Part shown: piece by piece, positions 8,330 to 16,289 of the stretch
Layout: the number at the start of each line of letters is the position of its first letter
Position numbering within the stretch: the first letter of the stretch is position 1
IMG/VR virus record: IMGVR_UViG_3300031994_000078
Coordinates: 53,055 to 73,054 of that record
Reading direction: 5' to 3' (one strand)
Source of the DNA: an uncultured virus (IMG/VR IMGVR_UViG_3300031994_000078)
Lineage: Duplodnaviria > Heunggongvirae > Uroviricota > Caudoviricetes
DNA length: 20,000 nt
The notes under the pieces: model-generated
The model's input: only the letters and a program-made list of their open reading frames with translations
Databases searched by the model: none
Told to the model about the DNA's origin: nothing
Made by a program: the position numbers and the translations under genes

Positions 8330-8350
8330 ATCTGTGAGGTCCTCACAGAT
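8330..8350. repeat. Perfect 10-bp inverted repeat ATCTGTGAGG-T-CCTCACAGAT
   Basis: Read directly; intergenic, followed by a T-run on the plus strand. Confidence 0.8.
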
Positions 8351-8355
8351 TTTTT

Positions 8356-8883
8356 CTAATTTATAGTCATGCGTTCACGCACATCTGGATGTACTACCAT
8401 AGACATCTTTATTAAATCAATCTGCTTTTCAAGTAAATCTTGTTTATTTTCTAAATCTTTTGCAATAGTAGAAATAACTTGATTAAAAACATTTGCTTGA
8501 GATAAGTTATCTTCTGCTTTTTGTAAATCTGCATATTGATTTTGCAACTTAACAGCAGCAGCTGCTTCCCTTTTTTCTTTAGATGTTTGTGCTAAAACAT
8601 CTGGATCAGAACTCATTGCAATCGCAAACTCTGTTCCATAACTAGATTTAGCATTATTTGCTAATCTTTGTGCATTAGATTTATTTTTTAATGCATGCAA
8701 TAGTATATCTGTCATCCTTTCTTTAGCAGCTTGTATTTTAGATAACTGTTTATTTATTCCAGGAAATCCTAACTCTGCTATAGGATCTTCTACTAACTGA
8801 ACTGTATCACGTAAACTCTTTGCTTCATTAATATAATTTTCACAATCTTGATATGATAATAATTCTATATTTTCTAATTGCAT
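8356..8883 (-). CDS. Helical/coiled-coil protein, possibly a UvsY-like recombination mediator
   Basis: All-helical composition and position upstream of the ssb-like gene and recA; function inferred from context only. Confidence 0.4.
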   Translation of the reverse strand: MQLENIELLSYQDCENYINEAKSLRDTVQLVEDPIAELGFPGINKQLSKIQAAKERMTDILLHALKNKSNAQRLANNAKSSYGTEFAIAMSSDPDVLAQTSKEKREAAAAVKLQNQYADLQKAEDNLSQANVFNQVISTIAKDLENKQDLLEKQIDLIKMSMVVHPDVRERMTIN

Positions 8884-9083
8884 TATCTTTTACCTCCGAA
8901 TATATTAGCTATATCAGTATTTACCATACTTACACACTTCTGAAATAACTCTGCTGATTTCTGATTTAATTCTTCATCATTTGCAACTTCAAACGTTTCT
9001 GTAAGTGAAACAGAAAACTTATAAGAATTATAATCTTGTGAGATTGTTTGGGAATAACCTTTTGTTACTGTTACTTGTTTCAT
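8883..9083 (-). CDS. Hypothetical protein (66 aa)
   Basis: AGGAG RBS; coupled to the next gene by TAATG. Confidence 0.7.
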   Translation of the reverse strand: MKQVTVTKGYSQTISQDYNSYKFSVSLTETFEVANDEELNQKSAELFQKCVSMVNTDIANIFGGKR

Positions 9084-9099
9084 TTGTTTCTCCTGTTAC

Positions 9100-9615
9100 T
9101 TATTTAATATTCTCATTATATAATATCTTTTTTAAATTGTCAAGTATTTGATTATATTTATCAAAATTAATTTCTACTTTATTTATAATAATATCTTCTA
9201 AATATAAATCAAACAATTGCATACAATACATACAGGAGTTCATTTTACTTGGATAAGCTTTAATATAATTATAAAACAATTCTGAACTATCTTTTAATAA
9301 ACTTTGAAAAAAATCAATAGGTTTTTTATATTGTGTAGTTAATTTATATTTTAAAAATGTAGTTCCTAATTCTTGTTTTATTTCATAAATAGGCTTCTTT
9401 TCCATAAACGAAATTAATGTTAAAGCATCTCCAGACTTTTTACAAGTAAAACAATAAAATGAATTTGTCTTAGGATATATTGTAAGATTAGGTGTATTTT
9501 TATCATTGTGAAATGGACATAAACAAACATATCTATCACCAGACTCTTTTAAATCAAAGTTATAGTGTTTAAAAATTGAAACTATATCTAATTGTGGTAA
9601 ACTAGAAAGTTGCAC
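9100..9615 (-). CDS. Primase CHC2 zinc-finger domain protein without TOPRIM domain
   Basis: CPFHNDKNTPNLTIYPKTNSFYCFTCKKSGDALTLI is the DnaG Zn-binding domain; GTG start with GGAGGAG RBS inside dnaB; only 171 aa. Confidence 0.88.
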   Translation of the reverse strand: MQLSSLPQLDIVSIFKHYNFDLKESGDRYVCLCPFHNDKNTPNLTIYPKTNSFYCFTCKKSGDALTLISFMEKKPIYEIKQELGTTFLKYKLTTQYKKPIDFFQSLLKDSSELFYNYIKAYPSKMNSCMYCMQLFDLYLEDIIINKVEINFDKYNQILDNLKKILYNENIK

Positions 9616-10927
9616 TTACTGGCTCCTCCATCCGCATGTTTGAAAACATCGCAGTTATATCAAATTGACATTTCTGTCCATCTCTAACTTTTGGTGTACT
9701 TGCAGTCATCTCTACAATAGAAAGTCCTTGCATAGCTGAAACCGGGTCTTTAAGTTTTAAAGCAAGAACTGTATCTGCATGATGAATAACCATAAATGAA
9801 TTTGCTATATCTGTCATATTATAAACTGGGTTTTTAGAATTCTTTACTGCTTCAGATTTAACCTGCATAGCTGTAAGTACTGGGATTTTAAATGTTCTTG
9901 CTAAATGTCTAACATCTAAAGCTATGTTACCGAGCTCTTCCCATTTCTGTCCTGTAGATTTTTTAGGACGCATAATACCTAAGTAATCTATAATAATTAA
10001 ATCTATCTTATGCTTTACTGAAATTTCTTCATACTTAGCTGCAATTGAGTCTGCATTACATGTTGGATTATCTACAATATAAAATATATTTTCTTTCTGT
10101 TTAAAAGCCTGCATTGTATCTAAAAATCTTGTATTCTCTTCTGCAGTTAATATACCATCTCTGAATCTATCAATATTTATATTTGCAGCAAGAGATATAA
10201 ATCTACGAATGATTTGATCTTTAGGTAACTCTATTGAAAAATATAAAATATTTTTTCCTTGTGCATATAAATGTCTAGCTACATTAATTAAAAAAACTGA
10301 CTTACCTTCATTAGAACCTGCAATAACAATATCTAACTCTCCAGCTTTTAATCCGCCAGTTGCTTTATCAAATGTAGGAAAACCTGTTTGTAATCCTACA
10401 GACATTTCACCTTGTTGTACCTTTTTATATTTATCGTAAAACTCATCTAAACTTAAAGCTAAATCACCTTCCACAACTTCTGAAGTTTCTAATGAACTAA
10501 CTTTATTTAAACCTTTTTGTATTTTTAATATTGTATTATCTAAATCTGAAGAATCTAAAGAACTTGTAACATCAAGTAAAGAATTTCTTATAATAAATAA
10601 ACTGTATTCTTTTCTTATAGTATCTAATAGGAAAGTAAAATTCGTTGTTAATACATAATCATTAGCTTGTTTTAAATATTGAAGTATAGGAATAGCCTGT
10701 TCTGGTTTAGAACAAATACTTGTTATAAATGTTTCTGCTTGTGCTAAAGTTAATAACTCATTATATGTTCTATAAAAACTTATAATACAATAACAAGCTG
10801 ACCTTGATGCAGAAAATCCAGAAACAGAAAAATCTATACAATTAAAATCAAATGGTTTACTTAATATATATAAAAGGTCTTCTTTATTTTTTAATATATG
10901 ACTTGTAAATTCTAAATTTAAATCCAT
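9602..10927 (-). CDS. dnaB: Replicative DnaB-like (SF4) helicase
   Basis: GLQTGFPTFDKATGGLKAGEL, Walker A AGSNEGKS, FSIEL, Walker B IIIDYL, AMQ, ADTVL. Confidence 0.93.
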   Translation of the reverse strand: MDLNLEFTSHILKNKEDLLYILSKPFDFNCIDFSVSGFSASRSACYCIISFYRTYNELLTLAQAETFITSICSKPEQAIPILQYLKQANDYVLTTNFTFLLDTIRKEYSLFIIRNSLLDVTSSLDSSDLDNTILKIQKGLNKVSSLETSEVVEGDLALSLDEFYDKYKKVQQGEMSVGLQTGFPTFDKATGGLKAGELDIVIAGSNEGKSVFLINVARHLYAQGKNILYFSIELPKDQIIRRFISLAANINIDRFRDGILTAEENTRFLDTMQAFKQKENIFYIVDNPTCNADSIAAKYEEISVKHKIDLIIIDYLGIMRPKKSTGQKWEELGNIALDVRHLARTFKIPVLTAMQVKSEAVKNSKNPVYNMTDIANSFMVIHHADTVLALKLKDPVSAMQGLSIVEMTASTPKVRDGQKCQFDITAMFSNMRMEEPVSATF

Positions 10928-10928
10928 A

Positions 10929-11225
10929 TTACAAAATTACTCCTTCATCTAAATTCGTAAATTCATACATATGCCCTACTTGTATTTTATACTTTCTTTT
11001 AATATATGCTTTATCATCATTTAATTGTGGCGACTCAGTAACATATATTGGATACTTTAAACTAATTGCAATTGCTAAATGTAATAATGTAACTGGTGAT
11101 ACATCTTTATATCTATCAACCAATGCTTTTTTTATTTTAAGTGTTTTATTTGTTAAATCATCAACATCCTTTTTATATAAAGGTTTTTTTGTTTTCGGAT
11201 GTTTACCTAATATTTTTTTGGGCAT
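10929..11225 (-). CDS. Hypothetical protein (98 aa)
   Basis: AGGAGGAG RBS; lies between the loader and helicase genes. Confidence 0.7.
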   Translation of the reverse strand: MPKKILGKHPKTKKPLYKKDVDDLTNKTLKIKKALVDRYKDVSPVTLLHLAIAISLKYPIYVTESPQLNDDKAYIKRKYKIQVGHMYEFTNLDEGVIL

Positions 11226-11892
11226 TGACTCCTCCTAATGATTTACGGTAGTCTACACATTCGAAAGGTAACTTAATATATGCATCATATAAAATTGATT
11301 TTATACGTAAGTTTTCAATATCTCTAGCTAATATATTACTTGTTATAATTGTAGGTTTATTTCTATCATATCTATAACGAAGCATTTCATCTACTTGAGA
11401 ATCTATAAATCCTTTTGTATCTGAAAACTCGCGACCATAATCATCTATCAATGTAAAGTCAGACTCATTTACATTATAAATATAATCATTATCTTTATCG
11501 AATAATGCTCTCTTATATTGTTCTACTGTACAGAAAAAAGTAGAGTAACCTTTAAGAATAGCTTGTTCTAAAACATAACAAGCAACATAACTTTTACCTG
11601 TTCCTGTTGTACCATAAAGATATAAACCTGTACCTGCTTTTCTGTGGTCGTTTAACAATTTTATATATGTTGTAATTTTATCTAAACTCGTTTTTAATTC
11701 TGGAACTTGAACTTCATTTATATCTGCATATCTATACTTTGCTGGAATTGCAGACATAATCATGTTATGTAAAAATTTATATTTCTTAACGCACTCGCAA
11801 TTATAATCAGAACCTCCGCACTTAGGACAATTTGTAACTCCATCTTGTAATACTTTTAATTCTTGTATATCTGCAGGAGTATATATTTCCAT
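11203..11892 (-). CDS. DnaC/IstB-like AAA+ helicase loader with N-terminal Zn motif
   Basis: CPKC...CEC, Walker A LYGTTGTGKS, Walker B LIDDYG, PTIITSN, DYR near the C-terminus. Confidence 0.88.
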   Translation of the reverse strand: MEIYTPADIQELKVLQDGVTNCPKCGGSDYNCECVKKYKFLHNMIMSAIPAKYRYADINEVQVPELKTSLDKITTYIKLLNDHRKAGTGLYLYGTTGTGKSYVACYVLEQAILKGYSTFFCTVEQYKRALFDKDNDYIYNVNESDFTLIDDYGREFSDTKGFIDSQVDEMLRYRYDRNKPTIITSNILARDIENLRIKSILYDAYIKLPFECVDYRKSLGGVNAQKNIR

Positions 11893-11901
11893 TTATTTAC
11901 C

Positions 11902-12225
11902 TCACTTATTTAGCTTATCTAGAAAGCATGCTTTTAATAATATAAGATAATTAATACTGTCACCAATCTTCTCATTTAACAAATCTTTAGTAGGTAATTG
12001 TCCAGTCTTTTCAAAACGTTTAACAATATCATAAACACTTACAATATGTTTATTCATCATACCAGCTAAAGCATATACATTAGTACAATCTAGTAGCTTA
12101 GCTGCTTCATTAAAATTATGTAGTTTATCTACATCAGTTGAGTATTCTTTTGATTTACTCATTAAAATTGTATTTATACTATTTATACAATCTTCTACAA
12201 CTTTATTAAAATCATGTGCATTCAT
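11902..12225 (-). CDS. DUF1599 / nucleotide-modification-associated domain 1-like all-alpha protein
   Basis: Pattern KSKEYS...LHNF...MMNKH...EKIGDSINYLILL; start placed at MNAHDF behind an AAGGAG RBS. Confidence 0.65.
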   Translation of the reverse strand: MNAHDFNKVVEDCINSINTILMSKSKEYSTDVDKLHNFNEAAKLLDCTNVYALAGMMNKHIVSVYDIVKRFEKTGQLPTKDLLNEKIGDSINYLILLKACFLDKLNK

Positions 12226-12227
12226 TT

Positions 12228-13457
12228 TTAAATCTCCTTTAACCAATCTTCTGCGTCTTCAACTGTCCAAAATATCTTATAATTAAGTTTATTCTTCTTA
12301 AAACATTCAAGCTTTCTCACATCTAAATCTGTCCATACATATATTGCATTTTTATAAAACTTTGTATTTTTACTTTCATATAAATTTAATATTTTCTTAT
12401 GCTCTATACTATCTTTATTAAAACTTCCTAAACATCTGTCATGATACCAGCCATGAGTCCAATGTCCATTGTATTCTATATACAGGTCTAAGCTCTTAAT
12501 GTAAAAGTCACAAGCAAAAGGATATAAATCACTTTTATATTGTCTAATAATATCACTTTTGTTAAACTTTGTCAAGAGTAGACTGTATATTTTCTCTTCA
12601 GATTTAGATTTATTATATGAATTATTTTTACGCAATGTTGCATTACGTTTAGATACAATATTAAATTTATTTAATTGATATTGTTTTTTCCACACATCTG
12701 TTTTTGCATAATTATCGACACCATATTTTTTAATACAAGTATCTTTTAATTTAACAACACAAGCTTTTAATTTCATAGGATTATCAACATTAAATCTTTC
12801 AATATTAGTACGTTTTACCTTATCTTTGCACTCTTTAGTTTTACTATAATTATCAACACCATATTTTTGTTTATATGTATTTTTACTATGTTCTAAAATA
12901 ATAGGTTTTTTTAATTTATAATCTTCAGATTGTGAATAATATTCAACACCATATTTTTGTTTACAAGCTTTCTTCATCTTATCTTGTATAATATTTATTT
13001 TTTGTTTATAGTCATTTGACTTACTATAATTATCTACACCATATTTTTTCAGTAATGTAGCCTTTACTTTTAATCTAATATCTTTCTGTTTATCTTGTAT
13101 AGTCTTTTTGTATATATCAGTTTTACTAAAAGTAGCAACACCATATTTCTTTAAGCAAGTTTGTTTACACCTTTCTTTTGTTGTAGGTAAACTTTGGTTA
13201 TATATACCTGCACACTTTAAACTACAAAAAGTACTATAGTAATTCTTTTTATAGTTATAATTAATCACTTTTTTACAATTTTTACAAATGAAAATTTTAT
13301 CTAGTGCTATATTATTATTTAAACGATAGCATAATTCTACAAAACTTAAATTATATTTATGTAAAACATCTTTAATTTCTTGATTTAAAAATTTAGATTC
13401 TAATAATTTATATCTACAATTTTTATGAGATTTAATATATTCTAATAAATGTTGCAT
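12228..13457 (-). CDS. Free-standing putative homing endonuclease: Zn ribbon, six KxTxxxKYGV repeats, C-terminal PD-(D/E)XK/Vsr-like nuclease domain
   Basis: CKNC...FCSLKC; repeated KKYGV/QKYGV units; SKSEEKIY...FACDFYI...YIEYNGHWTHG. Confidence 0.75.
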   Translation of the reverse strand: MQHLLEYIKSHKNCRYKLLESKFLNQEIKDVLHKYNLSFVELCYRLNNNIALDKIFICKNCKKVINYNYKKNYYSTFCSLKCAGIYNQSLPTTKERCKQTCLKKYGVATFSKTDIYKKTIQDKQKDIRLKVKATLLKKYGVDNYSKSNDYKQKINIIQDKMKKACKQKYGVEYYSQSEDYKLKKPIILEHSKNTYKQKYGVDNYSKTKECKDKVKRTNIERFNVDNPMKLKACVVKLKDTCIKKYGVDNYAKTDVWKKQYQLNKFNIVSKRNATLRKNNSYNKSKSEEKIYSLLLTKFNKSDIIRQYKSDLYPFACDFYIKSLDLYIEYNGHWTHGWYHDRCLGSFNKDSIEHKKILNLYESKNTKFYKNAIYVWTDLDVRKLECFKKNKLNYKIFWTVEDAEDWLKEI

Positions 13458-13464
13458 TAATAAC

Positions 13465-13722
13465 CTATTTCTTTTTAAATTTTATACTTCTACCTTCAAA
13501 TAATTTTGATAAAGTTTTTAAATCAAAAACATCTAAAGTGCTTAGTATTTTATAATATTTATTATTTAAAATCAAGTCATAATCTTTTTTATCTACCGGA
13601 GTAATAATATTTACTTCCAATGTTCTTAAATTTAAAACAATATTATCTGTATATTTTGTTATTGCAAAATCTTGATCTGTCGCTGTACATTTAACTGACC
13701 AAATACTTTTTGTTTTTCTCAT
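13465..13722 (-). CDS. Hypothetical protein (85 aa)
   Basis: ORF packed into the operon; AAGGA RBS. Confidence 0.65.
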   Translation of the reverse strand: MRKTKSIWSVKCTATDQDFAITKYTDNIVLNLRTLEVNIITPVDKKDYDLILNNKYYKILSTLDVFDLKTLSKLFEGRSIKFKKK

Positions 13723-14343
13723 TTACTTATCCTTATTTTCTAATTGTATTCTTCTATAATACTCTGCTATACAAACACTATCACCATCTCCAGACTCTTT
13801 AAGTATAACTGATGGATATAATTCTTTTGCTAATTTATCTGCTGCTTTTTTAAGAAGTTTATTTCTTTCACCTTTCTCTAAACTCTTTACATATTCTTTA
13901 TTATTTTTTCCAGTTGCTTCTGGTATCATTGCATTTTGCCATTGCTTAGAATCAATCATTACATATTTAATACCTAAAGAATTTAATACGTACAAAACAG
14001 ATAACCAGGCTCCAAATGCAGAAAGTGAACTTTGCATTGCCCAGCCTGCATGATAATTAACTGCAGGACGTTCTAAATAGCAAATTGTATCACTTACATT
14101 TGGTATTAAATTTTTAAGAATTTTTTTAAGTTCATCAATATTTATAAATGTAAACTGTGCTTGATATGGTTTTGTTACATAACCATTTTTTGTTTTATAT
14201 TTTCTTTTTGTTGGTTTACTCCAGCTTACTTGTTGATATGTAGGTACATTTTCAAATGCAAGTAATTTACCATTAACGTCAACAAGTGTAAAATGTGCAG
14301 TAGTTCCATTATCAAAACCAAGAATATATTTATAACTCATCAA
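13723..14343 (-). CDS. RuvC-like Holliday junction resolvase
   Basis: RNase H-fold acidic pattern ILGFDNG (D), CYLERP (E), SKQWQ, GDGDSVCIA (D,D). Confidence 0.75.
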   Translation of the reverse strand: MMSYKYILGFDNGTTAHFTLVDVNGKLLAFENVPTYQQVSWSKPTKRKYKTKNGYVTKPYQAQFTFINIDELKKILKNLIPNVSDTICYLERPAVNYHAGWAMQSSLSAFGAWLSVLYVLNSLGIKYVMIDSKQWQNAMIPEATGKNNKEYVKSLEKGERNKLLKKAADKLAKELYPSVILKESGDGDSVCIAEYYRRIQLENKDK

Positions 14344-14623
14344 ATTCCTCCTCTAGATAATAATCTCTATAAAAATTATTAAGATACTCATTAAGTAATT
14401 TAAACACATCTATAATATCTAACGTATATGCCATATAATCACAAGTATTATTTTCAATCACTGTGACAATAACTTCGTAGAAACCTTTTTTACCTTTAAT
14501 TTTCATTGGACGAATATTTATAAGTTCATTACAAAGTGTATAAATCTGTATACTGTATTCATCTACAGAATAAGAAAGAACCATGTGTAAATTATTCTCA
14601 ACAAACTTAACTATCTCATCCAT
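14330..14623 (-). CDS. Hypothetical acidic protein (97 aa)
   Basis: ORF packed between neighbours and overlapping the resolvase start. Confidence 0.6.
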   Translation of the reverse strand: MDEIVKFVENNLHMVLSYSVDEYSIQIYTLCNELINIRPMKIKGKKGFYEVIVTVIENNTCDYMAYTLDIIDVFKLLNEYLNNFYRDYYLEEEFDEL

Positions 14624-14633
14624 AATAAAGTAA

Positions 14634-15413
14634 TCAAACCTCTATAATTAAATTTGGATTAAAATTCAAATTACATTCTCCATAAACAGAACTTCTGTAT
14701 CCATAAGGATTACATACAACTCTTGTATTACCAATCATAAAATCACTACTTGCATGTGTATGACCTGATATAACTAATGATAAATTCTTTTTCTTTTCAA
14801 TAAACTTTGTTAAATCTGATGTAAAAGAAGCATTTAAACTATTTGTAAAATACTTCGGATCAATTTGTAAAGGACTTACACAATGGTGTGTAATCAACAC
14901 ACACTTTTTATTTTTAAATTTTCTAAGTGTTTGTTTAATAAAGCTATATGACTCTTTAAACATATTTAAATAATGGTGTGGTTTAAGGCTTACAATTTTA
15001 TCGCCTTCAAGTATCTTACCCCATCTAAAATCATTTAAACCTTTTTCTGCAATTCGCATATTACTATTAACTGTACCATTATATTTATAGTCTGTATATA
15101 GACAACAGCCTATAAATACAATATCATTTATAATTTTATATTGATTATTTAAGTATGAAATATCTGACTCTAAAGGAAAAGCATTACTATATATTTGTTG
15201 CAACTGTTGAATTGGTAAACCTAAATGATTATAAACTAAATGATTGCCGTGAACAAACAAACCATACTTAATATTATTCTTAATCCATTGAACTCCATTA
15301 ACAGGGTCGCCACTAATATCCCCAGCTATTATTGTAAACGTATCATCATTATAATTCAAAGGATATCTATCATTTATATCTTCATGAATATCTGATATCA
15401 CACGTATTTTCAC
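14634..15413 (-). CDS. Calcineurin-like metallophosphoesterase
   Basis: ISDIH, IAGDI, HGNH, ITHH, SGHTH, CNPYGY; GTG start with AGGAG RBS. Confidence 0.9.
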   Translation of the reverse strand: MKIRVISDIHEDINDRYPLNYNDDTFTIIAGDISGDPVNGVQWIKNNIKYGLFVHGNHLVYNHLGLPIQQLQQIYSNAFPLESDISYLNNQYKIINDIVFIGCCLYTDYKYNGTVNSNMRIAEKGLNDFRWGKILEGDKIVSLKPHHYLNMFKESYSFIKQTLRKFKNKKCVLITHHCVSPLQIDPKYFTNSLNASFTSDLTKFIEKKKNLSLVISGHTHASSDFMIGNTRVVCNPYGYRSSVYGECNLNFNPNLIIEV

Positions 15414-15430
15414 AGAGTTCTCCTAACAGA

Positions 15431-15464
15431 TAAGGCTATAGATTTAATTTATTCTATAGCCTTA
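15431..15464. repeat. 12-bp inverted repeat (intergenic hairpin)
   Basis: TAAGGCTATAGA 15431-15442 / TCTATAGCCTTA 15453-15464, just 5' of the phosphoesterase RBS on the minus strand. Confidence 0.75.
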
Positions 15465-15483
15465 AATTTATTGAATTTTCAAG

Positions 15484-15768
15484 TTATTTTTTAGATTTCT
15501 TTTTAGAAGACTTTTTAGATTTCTTAACGTTTTCTAATTTAATACATGCATCTAATTTACATTGCAAATCATTTTTTATTCCAGTTAATTTATAAATTTC
15601 TTCTTTTAAGTTTTCATTTTCATTTTTTAATTTTTCATTATCTTCTATAATAAGTTCGTTAAGACAAGTCAATGTTTTAGAGATTTTTTCTAAAGCAATA
15701 TTACTTTGAATTGTGTTGTTAAGGATAGTTTCTAATGCTCTAATTTTCTTTTTACCAAATAAATCCAT
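15484..15768 (-). CDS. Hypothetical coiled-coil protein with basic tail; first gene of the replication operon
   Basis: Start placed at MDLFG behind an AAGGAG RBS; heptad pattern; ends KKSKKSSKKKSKK. Confidence 0.7.
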   Translation of the reverse strand: MDLFGKKKIRALETILNNTIQSNIALEKISKTLTCLNELIIEDNEKLKNENENLKEEIYKLTGIKNDLQCKLDACIKLENVKKSKKSSKKKSKK

Positions 15769-15800
15769 TTCAATTCTCCTTTCCATATAAATTTCTTAAG

Positions 15801-15829
15801 ATTATACTAAATTTTATTTTAAATGTCAA
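15801..15829 (-). promoter_or_regulatory. Perfect sigma70-type promoter for the replication operon
   Basis: TTGACA (15829-15824), 17-nt spacer, TATAAT (15806-15801). Confidence 0.88.
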
Positions 15830-15838
15830 GACTTTAAG

Positions 15839-16208
15839 ATAGGACTTAAATTTGTTAATTTGGGATTTTTTAAATAAACTTAATTTCAAATATTTTTTAT
15901 TTCCCACAGCTTTCTTTTTTCTTGAAAAAGAAAAAAGAAATTAAAGTGAAGTTATACTTAAACTTTAATTTACTAATGTCCTAAGTTAACGTGGTTAGCT
16001 TCTTCTGTTTCTAGGTATATTAAGCTAATGAATAACCATCAGTATTAGGGCTTCCCTCAATTATACAAAGGAAGTTGCATACTATATACTTACTAGTATA
16101 TACATTTGTACGTTGTATACTTCCTATTTCCCAACGCTGTAGTAGTGAGCAGGAGCTTTATCATTCCTGATATTATAGTCGTAGACACTACTAGCAGATT
16201 TATCCTAC
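15839..16208 (-). ncRNA. Candidate structured non-coding RNA (~370 nt), family not recognised
   Basis: Own perfect promoter, no ORF in the track, multiple stems, and a 5'/3' closing stem with G-U pairs on the minus strand. Confidence 0.6.
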
Positions 16209-16215
16209 GGTACGT

Positions 16216-16244
16216 ATTATAATATAAAAGTAAATAAATGTCAA
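16216..16244 (-). promoter_or_regulatory. Perfect sigma70-type promoter driving the ORF-free structured region
   Basis: TTGACA (16244-16239), 17-nt spacer, TATAAT (16221-16216). Confidence 0.88.
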
Positions 16245-16268
16245 GTAGTTTTTTATAAATTTATTTAC

Positions 16269-16289
16269 CCTTGACATTTATATCATAAT
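16269..16289 (+). promoter_or_regulatory. CCTTGACA-N4-TATCATAAT motif upstream of the structural operon (putative phage/late promoter)
   Basis: Matches 2861-2881 at 17 of 21 positions; no consensus -10 at 17-nt spacing. Confidence 0.55.

Noticed and set aside
11203..11892. IS21 istB transposition helper
   Set aside because: No istA; the N-terminal Zn motif and position next to dnaB indicate a phage helicase loader.
12700..13170. Spaced DNA repeats resembling a CRISPR array
   Set aside because: Degenerate, in-frame (multiples of 3) and explained by protein repeats; no cas genes in the window.
16117..16170. Short words shared with the tnpB omegaRNA (CAGGAA, TAAAGC, GAAATAGGAA), suggesting a trans-acting second guide RNA
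   Set aside because: Only 6-10-nt matches, paired differently and without the hairpin-TTCA end. A covariance-model comparison would be needed; not supportable by eye.
15839..16208. Resemblance of the RNA candidate to group I intron (ACGACUAUA), RNase P (GAGGGAAGCCC / ACAGAA), hammerhead (CUGAUG...GAAA) or SAM-I motifs
   Set aside because: Partners are missing or misplaced: no UAGUC for P7 and no interrupted gene; no P4 pairing; CUGAUGG rather than CUGANGA; no AUC/GCAAC core.
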